Part shown: piece by piece, positions 1-16,841 of the stretch | How the letters are laid out: every line of letters starts with the position of its first letter | How positions within the stretch are numbered: the first letter of the stretch is position 1 | Assembly: GCF_009914755.1 (NCBI RefSeq) | Contig: NC_060929.1 | Strand: one strand, 5' to 3' | Length of the DNA: 64,000 nucleotides | Origin: the human T2T-CHM13v2.0 reference genome, Homo sapiens | Program-made: the position numbers and the translations under genes | The notes under the pieces: model-generated | What the model saw: only the letters and a program-made list of their open reading frames with translations | What the model was told of the DNA's origin: nothing | Databases searched by the model: none

Positions 1-80
1 TTCTAGAATTCAAAAGGATTATTTTTGAAATGAGGATGACAGAGAAGGTCCTTTGGAGAAGTTCTTTATTAAGAAAGCAA

Positions 81-356
81 TGCAGCCGTGTGGAAAGAAC
101 ACAGGCTTAAAATCCAGACACATCTAACCCTGGATCCTGGTTCTACCACTTTCTGATTCTAAGTCCTAATACGTGAAAGACTCACAGTCAATATTTGCTA
201 AACACAGGAAGTTTACTTACCTCCTCTGAGCCTCAGTTTCCTGATCTGTGTAAATGAGGTGATTATTTCCACTGTGAAAAGTTGTTATGTGGATGAGATA
301 ATCCTGTACATAAAGTGCCTGACACTTAATTAATACTCATTAAATGATAGCATTGA
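81..356 (+). mobile_element. MIR SINE fragment
   Basis: MIR core 'ctctgagcctcagtttcctgatctgt...aaatgagg' and 3' 'taaagtgcctgacac...taaatgatagc'. Confidence 0.7.
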
Positions 357-402
357 TGATTACACTTTAGAATAAAGTAAAAACAGGGCAAAACTATTTG
401 TG

Positions 403-635
403 GCACTTAGTCCATCTTGTATTGCTATCAAGGAATACCTGAGGCTGAGTAATTTATGAAGAAAAAAGGGTTATTTGGCCCACAATTCTGATGGTTGGAA
501 AGGTCAAGATTAGGCATCTGCATTGGTGACGACCTCAGGCTGCTTCCACTCATGGCAGAAGGTGAAGGGGAGCTAGCGTGTGTAGAGATCCCATGGCCAG
601 AGAGGGAGCAAGAGGGAAAGGGAAATGGCCAGGCT
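403..635 (-). mobile_element. MST-family (ERVL-MaLR) LTR, piece 1 of 3
   Basis: 'cttagtccat...gctatcaaggaatacctgaggctgagtaatttat...catggcagaaggtgaaggggagc' is typical MST sequence; it stops at the L1 TSD. Confidence 0.85.
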
Positions 636-888
636 TTTTTTTTTTTTTTTTTTTAGCATATGTATATTTTTTTATTATTATACTTTAAGTTTTAGGGTAC
701 ATGTGCACAATGTGCAGGTTAGTTACATATGTATACATGTGCCATGCTGGTGTGCTGCACCCATTAACTCGTCATTTAGCATTAGGTATATCTCCTAATG
801 CTATCCCTCCCCCCTCCCCCCTCCCCCCACCCCACAACAGTCGCCAGAGTGTGATGTTCCCCTTCCTGTGTCCATGTGTTCTCATTGT

Positions 889-4700
<3,812 letters not shown>

Positions 4701-4763
4701 TATGATGTTAGCTGGTTATTTTGCTCGTTAGTTGATGCAGTTTCTTCCTAGTCTCGATGGTCT

Positions 4764-5780
4764 TTACATTTTGGCACGATTTTGCAGCGGCTGGTACCGG
4801 TTGTTTCTTTCCATGTTTAGTGCTTCCTTCAGGAGCTCTTTTAGGGCAGGCCTGGTGGTGACAAAATCTCTCAGCATTTGCTTGTCTGTAAAGTATTTTA
4901 TTTCTCCTTCACTTATGAAGCTTAGTTTGGCTGGTTATGAAATTCTAGGTTGAAAATTCTTTCCTTTATGAATGTTGAATATTGGCCCCCACTCTCTTCT
5001 GGCTTGTAGAGTTTCTGCTGAGAGATCAGCTGTTAGTCTGATGGGCTTCCCTTTGTGGGTAACCCGACCTTTCTCTCTGGCTGCCCTTAACATTTTTTCC
5101 TTCATTTCAACTGTGGTGAATCTGACAGTTATGTGTCTTGGAGTTGCTCTTCTCGAGGAGTATCTTTGTGGCGTTCTCTGTATTTCCTGAATCTGAATGT
5201 TAGCCTGCCTTGCTAGATTGGGGAAGTTCTCCTGGATAATATCCTGCAGAGTGTTTTCCAACTTGGTTCCATTCTCCCTGTCACTTTCAAGTACACCAAT
5301 CAGACGCAGATTTCGTCTTTTCACATAGTCCCATATTTCTTGGAGGCTTTGTTCGTTTCTTTTTATTCTTTTTTCTCTAAACTTCCCTTCTCGCTTTATT
5401 TCATTCATTTCATCTTCCATCACTGATACCCTTTCTTCCAGTTGATCGCATCGGCTCCTGAGGCTTCTGCATTCTTCACATAGTCCTCGAGCCTTGGCTT
5501 TCAGTTCCATCAGCTCCTTTAAGCACTTCTCTGTGTTGGTTATTCTAGTTACACATTCGTCTAAATTTTTTTCAAAGTTTTCAACTTCTTTGCCTTTGGT
5601 TTGAATTTCCTCCTGTAGTTTGGAGTAGTTTGATCGTCTGAAGCCTTCTTCTCTCAACTCGTCAAAGTCATTCTCCATCCAGCTTTGTTCCATTGCTGGT
5701 GAGGAACTGCGTTCCTTTGGAGGAGGAGAGGCGCTCTGCTTTTTAGAGTTTCCAGTTTTTCTGCTCTGTTTTTCCCCCAT
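4764..5780 (-). pseudogene. L1 ORF1p with premature stop (281 of 338 aa)
   Basis: MGEKQSRKTGNSK...; in-frame TAA at 4935-4937 replaces the Tyr of 'PRISYPAKL'; canonical stop at 4764-4766. Confidence 0.93.
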
Positions 5781-6813
5781 CTTTGTGGTTTTATCTACTT
5801 TTGGTCTTTGATAATGGTGATGTACAGATGGGTTTTTGGTGTGGATGTCCTTTCTGTTTGTTAGTTTTCCTTCTAACAGACAGGACCCTCAGCTGCAGGT
5901 CTGTTGGAGTTTGCTAGAGGTCCACTCCAGACCCTGTTTGTCTGGGTATCAGCAGTGGTGTCTGCATAACCACGGATTTTTGTGATCCACGAATGCTGCT
6001 GTCTGATGGTTCCTCTGGAAGTTTTGCCTCAGAGGAGTACCCTGCCGTGTGAGGTGTCAGTCTGCCCCTACTGGGGGATGCCTCCCAGTTAGGCTGCTCG
6101 GGGGTCAGGGGTCAGGGACCCACTTGAGGAGGCAGTCTGCCCATTCTCAGATCTCCAGCTGCACACTGGGAGAACCACTGCTCTCCTCAAAGCTGTGAGA
6201 CAGGGACATGTAATTCTGCAGAGGTTACTGCTGTCTTTTTGTTTGTCTGTGCCCCGCCCCCAGAGGTGGAGCCTACAGAGGCATGCAGGCCTCCTTGAGC
6301 TGTGGTGGGCTCCACCCAGTTTGAGCTTCCCGGCTGCTTTGTTTACCTAAGCGAGCCTGGGCAATGGCGGGCGCCCCTCCCCCAGCCTCACTGCCGCCTT
6401 GCAGTTTGATCTCAGACTGCTGTGCTAGCAATCAGGGAGACTCCGTGGGCGTAGGACCATCTGAGCCAGGTGCGGGATAGAATCTCCTGGTGCGCCGTTT
6501 CCTAAGCCCGTCGGAAAAGCGCAGTATTCGGGTGGGAGTGGCCCGATTTTCCAGGTGCTGTCTGTCACCCCTTTCCTTGACCAGGAAAGGGAACTCCCTG
6601 ACCCCTTGCACTTCCCGAGTGAGGCAATGCGTCGCCCTGCTTCGGCTGGCGCACGGTGCACTGCACCCACTGTCCTGTGCTCACTGTCTGGCACTCCCTA
6701 GTGAGATGAACCCAGTACCTCAGATGGAAATGCAGAAATCACCCGTCTTCTACGCCGCTCACGCTGGGAGCTGTAGACCGGAGCTGTTCCTGTTCGGCCA
6801 TCTTGGCTCCTCC
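5781..6813 (-). promoter_or_regulatory. L1 5'UTR with internal sense promoter and antisense promoter (ASP fires on + strand)
   Basis: CpG-containing L1 5'UTR with YY1 motif CAAGATGGCC near the 5' end; promoter function is family knowledge, not shown here. Confidence 0.75.
6364..6480 (+). pseudogene. L1 ORF0 (antisense), truncated to 38 aa
   Basis: ATG 6364: MAGAPPPASLPPCSLISDCCASNQGDSVGVGPSEPGAG then TAG at 6478-6480. Confidence 0.85.
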
Positions 6814-6825
6814 ACAGCCTGGATC

Positions 6826-6897
6826 GGCCAGGCTCTTTTTAACAACCAGATCTATGAATACTAATACAGTGAGAGCTCACTCATCCCAGAGGGAGGG
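6826..6897 (-). mobile_element. MST-family LTR, piece 2 of 3
   Basis: 'ccaggctctttttaacaaccagatct...gtgagagctcactca' continues piece 1 across the L1. Confidence 0.8.
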
Positions 6898-6908
6898 TGT
6901 GGTGTTTT

Positions 6909-6941
<33 letters not shown>

Positions 6942-7732
6942 CACACATTGATTTTCATCCATGGTTCCCGCCTCATAACTCCCATAGTCCTTGTTACAGT
7001 CTTTTGTTATAATGTTGGCTGTGTTAAGTCTTTGGAAACAGAATCTTCTCTCTCTTGTCCTCCTTTCCCCTGCCCCAAGACAGGACTCTAATATTCCTTC
7101 ACCTTTCTGATTGTGTGACTTAAGACCCTCCTCTGAGAGGGTCCCACCCCAAATCCTGGGGGAAGAATTGCTGACATCATGAAGTTCCTATAAAAATCCA
7201 AGAGGACTAGGTTTGGGGAGCTTCTGGATAGCTGAACACATGGAACCTCCATTCCCTTGGAGGGTAGCACATCCTTGGAAGGGATGGGAGCTTATGCCCC
7301 CCACACATACCTTGGCCCACCTAGCTCTTCATCTGTATTCTTTGCAATATCCTTTATAATAAACAACTAATTATTTTTCCCTGACTTCTGTGAGCTGCTG
7401 CAGCAAACTAATTGAGCCCAAAGAGGGGTTTGTGGGAACCCCAACTTGAAGCTGGTTGATCAGCAGTTCTGGAGACTGGACTTGTGACTGGTGTCAGGGG
7501 GCAGGGAGCAGTCCTGGGGAGTGACCCCTCAACCTGTGGAATCTGACACTATCTCCAGGTAGATCATGTTGGAGTTGCATTGTCTCCCCAGGACAATGCA
7601 GGGAGTTGCTGCATTGTATTGGGGAGAAACTCCCACATCTTTATTCACAGAAGTCTTCTTCTGTGTTGCTGATTGTTGTGGTAATGTGAGAGCAGAGGGA
7701 AAATGTGGCTTGAGAGAGTTTTTCCTGAGACA
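6898..7732 (+). mobile_element. MER21A-type ERVL 5' LTR
   Basis: TG...CA ends; 'ggatagctgaacaca', 'ctcttcatctgtattctttgcaatatcctttataataaac', 'tatctccaggtagat'; direct-repeat homologue begins at 12649. Confidence 0.88.
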
Positions 7733-7734
7733 AT

Positions 7735-7752
7735 TGGTGTCAGAAGTGGGAT
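7735..7752 (+). other. Primer-binding site complementary to the 3' end of tRNA-Leu(CAA)
   Basis: TGGTGTCAGAAGTGGGAT, 2 nt after the LTR end; ERVL hallmark. Confidence 0.88.
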
Positions 7753-8914
7753 TTGCCACTCATTCTGACTAACAGAAACATGTGGTTTGGGAAGAGAAAG
7801 GATAAAAGGGCAGGGGATGAAGAATTTTTGAGTCCTGGGTGGCTACGTGGTCACCTATGGTATGAAGCCAAAGCTGTGGGATCAGTTACTAAAGGTAAAC
7901 ATTACCAGTGGAATTTAAAGATGGATCTAACTCCCATGGGGTTGGTTCACTGGATGCATAAGGAAATGCAAACTCATATGAAAAAATAAATAGTTCCTTG
8001 GTTATTGTTACCTATAATAGCCAAAATAAAAGTGAAAGAGAGTGCTGGGTCAGGCTTTGAGGCTGGATCAAGCTCAGATGTGGGTCTGTCTGAGCTCAGC
8101 CCACTAGTCTCAAAGTCATCAACAAAGGAGAAAATTTTATGCAGGGACAATACAAAGTACCACTGAGACCCGTGGTTACCAAGAAGGTAGTCAATGTGGA
8201 GGAAGGACAAAACCAGGTAACTATTGAAACCAAAGAGAATAAGTGAAGGAATTGCTTCATTTTGTAGATCAGTATCATCAGCTTCCAGAGAACCCTTTAC
8301 TAAAATAGATTCTGAAAGTGACTAATTTGGGCACAGTATCTTTGGTTTTAAATGCTGCAGAGTAGAACAGCATGCTCAGGTTGATGGAAGACGCACAGCT
8401 TACTATTGAACAATCACAGATGGGTATATATATGATCCAGACACACAGGAGGTTATTCATGAGGTAATAGCCAGCTTGGTGGACCCGATAAAAGCTACTG
8501 TAAGATTGCTTTACCCTGAGAAGGGATACTGTCCAACTCCACCTGTAAATGCCAAGTGGAGCACCCCAGATAAAGAAGCTGAAATGCTTCATATGCAAGC
8601 CATGTGGGACTGGTTTTATGATGGCAGCAGTATTCATCTGATGAATATGTCCATAACCCAGGTCATGGTAAATGCCGTGGTTAAGGGGACCCCTTCTACA
8701 TTGGCACGCCATGTGACATTACTCCTTCAAAATCAAACAGCGTTTTGAGAAGCTGTACCAAATTTGCTGTCTCAGCTTTCCCTTATGGGTCATACAGATG
8801 CTAATAAAAATATTAGGTTAGTTAATGTTTTTATTAATTAACCTAATGAGACCAGGGAAAGACAAAAAGCAGAAGCAGAATCAAAGGGCTCATCCCAAGA
8901 AGGTGGAAATTCTT

Positions 8915-9212
<298 letters not shown>

Positions 9213-10502
9213 AGAAGGTGGAAATTCTTAAAAGGTTATTTAAAAATGAGGTGAATAAAAAAATATTGATAGGGGTGAAAATAAGAAGAAAAAGAAAGGA
9301 GAGTCATAGAACTTGTCCAAACAGGAAGGAAATCTTTAGATGGTTATTAAAAAACAGAATGAATAAAATGGAAATCGATGAAGTTAAAACAAAGGAAATC
9401 AATGGGGTCAATACAACAGTATCAAAGGTTGAGTGGACCAAAGGGAGCCTCTGCTAATTCCCCAATATTAAAGGGCTTCAACCCAGTTTGCTCTATTTCC
9501 CCCAGTTTAGAGAAATTGTAAAAGCCAGAAGGCAGAGATTCTAATGAGAAATCTAATCAGACTTTGAGAAACTGTCTGGTACAATAGACAGGCAGGTTAA
9601 TCAAAATAAAGATTGAAGAAAGACCAAGTTCCTTTGGCTCAGCCCTTGGCTGGAGACCCAAAACCTTTTGCACAAAAGAGGATAAAATGGTCTGGGGGTG
9701 GAGAAGAGAAGTTCCTAAAACTAGAACATAAAAATGTAAGGACTGATAGGATTATGAAAGTTGATATTTATTTGAACACACTTCATGTGAAGTTGTTGCA
9801 TCTCTTTTACCTAATTGTAACCTGGGAAATGACATTGTGTCTGATTGGGAAATATTTCCCCTACCTTGTACTGTAAAACAGAAGGCATGTAAATCTGCCC
9901 TTCAAGGAATATTACTTTTACATACTAAATGGGAACCAGTAAGCTTGCCCGAGCCCACACAGTGCAGAGGAGAAGCTAGAGCACCTGATAAAGATAAATT
10001 CTCCATTTGACAGCACTCTGTGGCGCATTTCCTGGGGCTTATAGCAAAATCCTGTGAGCATTTCCTGCAATGACTACAGAAACTTTGGACTAAAGAATTT
10101 CCAGTTGAGGGGCATTTACTACCTTGCTAAGGGAAGTTAACTGAAGCTAATCCTATGACTGAAGGACATAAAATGATGTTGACACCTGAAATACCAATGC
10201 TATCTGGGATGACGTCAGGGAAATACTCTAATGAAGATAGTAATGCCAGAAGAATTCCATAACAAAATGGAAATGGTTTATTCAGGATTATGCTATCTGG
10301 GAAATGCAAGGAGATACTCACAAGCAGGTAGCCTTTTTACCCCCAGTACTGACTCTGGAACTGTGTGAGGTGCTGCTGACTCTATCAACACTTGGACAGT
10401 ACACTATGAACAGTTCTTGATTGACCAAAAAGGAGCTGCTTGGTTTACAGATGGCAGTTTCAAAGTGAATGGACAACATCCTGTTTGGAAGTCAACTACT
10501 TT

Positions 10503-10799
10503 TTTTTTTTTTTTTTTTTTGAGACGCAGTCTTGCTGTCGCCCAGGCTGGAGTGCAGTGGCGCGATGTCGGCTCACTGCAGGCTCCGCCCCCCGGGGTTC
10601 ACGCCATTCTCCTGCCTCAGCCTCCGAGTAGCTGGGACTACAGGCGGCCGCCACCTCGCCCGGCTAATTTTTTGTATTTTTAGTAGAGACGGGGTTTCAC
10701 CGTGTTAGCCAGCATGGTCTCGATCTCCTGACCTAATGATCCGCCCGCCTCGGCCTCCCAAAGTGCTGAGATTACAGGCGTGAGCCACCGTGCCCGGCC
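10503..10799 (-). mobile_element. AluY (CpG-rich, young) inserted in the RNase H remnant
   Basis: 'gttcacgccattctcc', 'cgtgttagccag'; TSD tggaagtca(a/g)ctacttt. Confidence 0.95.
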
Positions 10800-11539
10800 T
10801 GGAAGTCAGCTACTTTAATCAAAGAAGATAAAAATGGATCAGCTTGGTGGGCTGACTTGCATGCTGTTTTTCTAACAGTGATGGAAAAATTGAACAGTGG
10901 TGGAAGCCCCTGTGTTTGGGTTTTTACTGACTCATGGGTGGTGACAAATGGCCTGGCCACATGGTCAGGCAGAAGGGCAACGGAAACCTGGCCTATTAAA
11001 GAAATGCCCACATGGGGTATGGCCCTATGGAAATTTGAGGGGTGTGTTAAAGTAGAACAAATGCCCATCAGAAGAATTCCCTTCCAGGTCTGGAAGGTGA
11101 CTGGAATCAACAAGTAGGTATCCCTGTGTGCTCCCTGGAGGTGGCCACCTGGGTCCATGAAATGAGGGGACATAGGTCACTGCAGCGGGCAGAGATGGGC
11201 TGAATTGAGGCATGCTACCTTTGCACCCTCTCTGGCACATAATGCAAGTAAGAATTACTCTGCTTGTTACCAACAGAGACAGAAATTGTGGATAGCTATG
11301 AGACAGGTTTCCTGATGGAAAGGCCCTCACTGATAAGCCTTCACGAGTGTGTGCTCACCCCGAACATGAACGGGGCTAGTGTCCCCACTAGATTTTTTCT
11401 GTTTTTCTGATTGATGTGGGGAAGAGCAGGTAGGGAGGATGGATGCTGCTATGGCTATGCCATCTTGCCAAGGGAGGAGTACCCTGGTATAACAACTATA
11501 CATATATATTAGAAACCCTGTCTCTACTAAAACAACTAT

Positions 11540-11564
11540 ATAGATAGATAGATGATAGATAGAT

Positions 11565-11609
<45 letters not shown>
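11540..11609. repeat. (GATA)n tetranucleotide microsatellite
   Basis: tagatagatagatgatagatagat... run of ~70 bp. Confidence 0.95.
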
Positions 11610-12325
11610 TTGTTATATCAGGGTAATAGTTATGTAACTATAACTATAAAACTATATATATATTTTTTCTTCCCAAAATCACCTCAAAAAATTTTTCTTT
11701 TTCTCCCCTATCTGATGCAGTGGTCCTAGGACCAAGGCTACAAAACTCAGAATTCCTGAGGGCCTGATGGAGGTGGGCTGTGCCTTCCTCCCATCTAGCA
11801 ACATTGGGGTTAAGAGCGAAGCAGCCATATTTCCTGGTGGTAAAAATAGCTCACTAGCTCTGTACCTGTGTAACCTTACACTATCTGAGTGGGAGTGGAC
11901 TGAGGAGGAGGTACTTGCTAGACCTGTATTGCTGCCTGCAATCTAGGCCAGCGCAGTGGCGATTCTAATGTCCCTTCACAAGGTGAAAAGGTTTGGGTAT
12001 TCCTGGAGAGAAGGAGAAATGTCGCTGAGTGTAAAGAAATGAATAAATAGGTTATTAATTGAGGGAAATTCAATATTACATTAACAACTCAAAGGAGTCC
12101 CAGAACAAGAGATGACATTGTCTCTTAGCTCAATTATTCCAGATGCCTGAAAGGGTGTATATGTTTTACCAAGATCACTCCTGCTTTTGGAACCTAATAA
12201 AATTGAAAGGAAATCTTCAAACCTGTGTGGTCTCACTCTGAGAGACATTCACATATGATGGACTGGACTAATTATTTATGATTATGTATTTTTTTTTGAT
12301 GTAAGGGGTCCATGGTCAAAAATCA

Positions 12326-14142
<1,817 letters not shown>

Positions 14143-14271
14143 AACGGTATTAATCTGTTCTTGGGAAATCTGCCCGAATGACCCAAACACCTCCCATTGA
14201 GAATCACCTGCAACATTGGGAATCCAATTTCAACATGAGGTTTGGAGCGGACAAATATTCATACCACAGCA
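14143..14271 (-). mobile_element. MST-family LTR, piece 3 of 3
   Basis: 'tattaatctgttc...atgacccaaacacctcccatt...aatttcaacatgaggtttgg...accacagca' completes the MST. Confidence 0.85.
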
Positions 14272-15598
14272 GGCGTGTTTCAATGACTGCACATGGCCCA
14301 TTTTGCCTTCAGACTAACATTCTGTGCATTTCCCAGTCAGTAGGGGTATGGCTGACATAGATCTAAATCTTGAGGTGATCCTAAACCCAGAACTTTTGTT
14401 ATGAGCATCGACTTTCACCTTCACTCCACCAAGTCTCTAGCAGGGCTGGGTTACCAACAACATTGTCTTTGTTCACTGTCTTCTTTTCTCAATCCTCTTG
14501 CCTCTCCTTCATCCCTCCTGGGGAAGAAATCTTAGAAACACAAAATGCTAAAAAGAGAGAACAGGTGGGACCTCAGCCAGAACAAACGTCCTGGATTGCC
14601 CATATACTGATTAACTAATGTTGGCTCTTCTGGAGGTGGCAGCTGAATCTACTGCATATTAGCTGAATTGATCACCCTTAGACTGGCCCTCATTTGCACT
14701 CTGAGTTTATAGCAGCACTTTCCAAGTTTGGCTTTTTATCACAGCTTAAACAAATATTTCATGTGTAAAGTACAGAAAAGTGGGCCAATTGCTCTTCTCT
14801 GCCTTCTAAGAACAATGAAACTCCTCTCAAACATTTTGCAAGAAACTAACATAATCTCCCCGACTGTGCTGGAAACAGAACACTGAAGAGCCATTTAAGA
14901 GTATGAGGCAGCCTGTGTGGTGGCACTGATGAAATGGCCAAGGAACAAAACGCTTGCCCAGATGAGGACTCTTGGTGATAATGTTCCCAGAGAAACAAGG
15001 TTCTGAACCGAACCTTTCATCCATTAAACCAGTGTTTGCAAAGTGGCTCCACTGTATCTCCCCATGTCTGATCCTACTGGAACATATGATCCTTCTCCTA
15101 AGAGCCTTATCCTTTACCAAGCAAGACAAACACACCCTTGAAACAAATAGAAATCAACTAAGTACTTAACTGAATGATATTGACTCTAAGTGAAGGAGAG
15201 TTTCCAGGAAGGGGAATCAACGTGGGCTGAGATGCTGAAAAGGTCTACATGAAGAAGACAGAGGTTAAGCTAAGCTGTGAAGCATGAGTCAGCTTTCAGT
15301 AAAGGGAGGAATGAGGAAAGGGCATTGGAGAGGGAGAGAGAGAGAGAGAGTGTGTGTGTGTGTGTAAGGAGCAAAGAAGATTCTAAGACAAGGAAGTGCT
15401 AATAAGTATGATATACACAATTCACTCAAAATCTTGAACTTCTCCTTGTATTTCATGCAGTTCCCTGCTCCAATTCCTTCTTCTCTCAAGCCCCACCCAA
15501 CAATTCTATTTTGCTAACTAAATTTTTTTTTACTGTATCTTGTATCCACCAGCCTTATTAATATATGAACTTCAAGTCATTTCTAATGTTTCACATGC

Positions 15599-15702
15599 AA
15601 AAAGAGAGAAGATTCTTCTGTCTTCCAAAAAGAGAGAAGAATCTTCTGCTTTCCAAAAAGAGTGAAGATTCTTCTCTCTTCCAAGAAAGAGAGAAGATTC
15701 TT
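15599..15702. repeat. 28-bp minisatellite, ~3.7 copies
   Basis: Unit aaaaagagagaagattcttctgtcttcc at 15599, 15627, 15655, 15683. Confidence 0.9.
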
Positions 15703-16636
15703 GTGAGTTCCCAGTACAAGGCTGATCACGTGCTCACTAAATACCACCCAGTGGCTGAAATTGAATTTATTTCCCTCAATTGCACATCTCTGAGAGGACC
15801 AAGGAGTTTCATGACTGCTATCCTAGCATTTTAAAGAGCAGATGTGAGGGACCAAAATGTTGGTAACAACTATAGAAGAATTTCTGTGAGAGACTAAAGC
15901 TCTGAAACTGTAGGGTACATTCAATAACTGGCATTGAAAAGAATGATTTTGTCTTTCTTTCCCTCTCTCTGTCTCTCTCCTTTTCTTTATTTCCAGAATT
16001 TTCCACAAATGAGTTCATTTATAAAGAGAAAGGCAAGCTTTGATGACAACACCTTCACAAAATGGAGGCCTTTGAAAACATTGGTCTGGATTGAGGAGTA
16101 TGTTCCCCTGCCCGGATCTTTCAGTTCCTCCCTACAGTGTATTCAGCTTGATTCCAGCCTGAGTGTCCAGGCAGTTGGTACCCACAGCCCCTTCTGGGCC
16201 CCAGGGGAAGGCATCCTTCCCCTCCCTCCTCCCTGAGGCTCTGAGGTGGCTGGCCTCCTGCCTGGCTGTGCCAGAAAGCAGCATGACCACCAGCACTACT
16301 GTGGTTAGGACAAGAAGAAAATCTCGGGCATTCACAGCTAAACTATGGTTTGAGAAATGCTGGCGACTAAGGGTTGGCTGGGTAAAGGAATAAGAATAGC
16401 AGCTGCAATGCACTCTTTGACTCTGCCTCTCCCAAAACAGTCCCTAAAAGGACCATAGAAAGGATCACAATGTTCACGGCTGGGCTTGGCATAGTCTTAG
16501 TCCTGGGGTGAGGGCTGGTGAGAAACCCACAAGGGTTTCTTTTGGGGTCTTTCTGAGGGTACTAAAGGGAGTCTCATGGCCCATCCTACTTCTAAGTAGC
16601 ACTCTTTTGGCCCTAAGAAAGACCTGCTGGAAGTCA

Positions 16637-16841
<205 letters not shown>

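Noticed and set aside
7735-7752. tRNA-like sequence
   Set aside because: Only the 18-nt retroviral primer-binding site, not a tRNA gene
15599-15702. 28-bp repeats of CRISPR-like length
   Set aside because: Units are directly adjacent with no unique spacers; eukaryotic context; no cas genes
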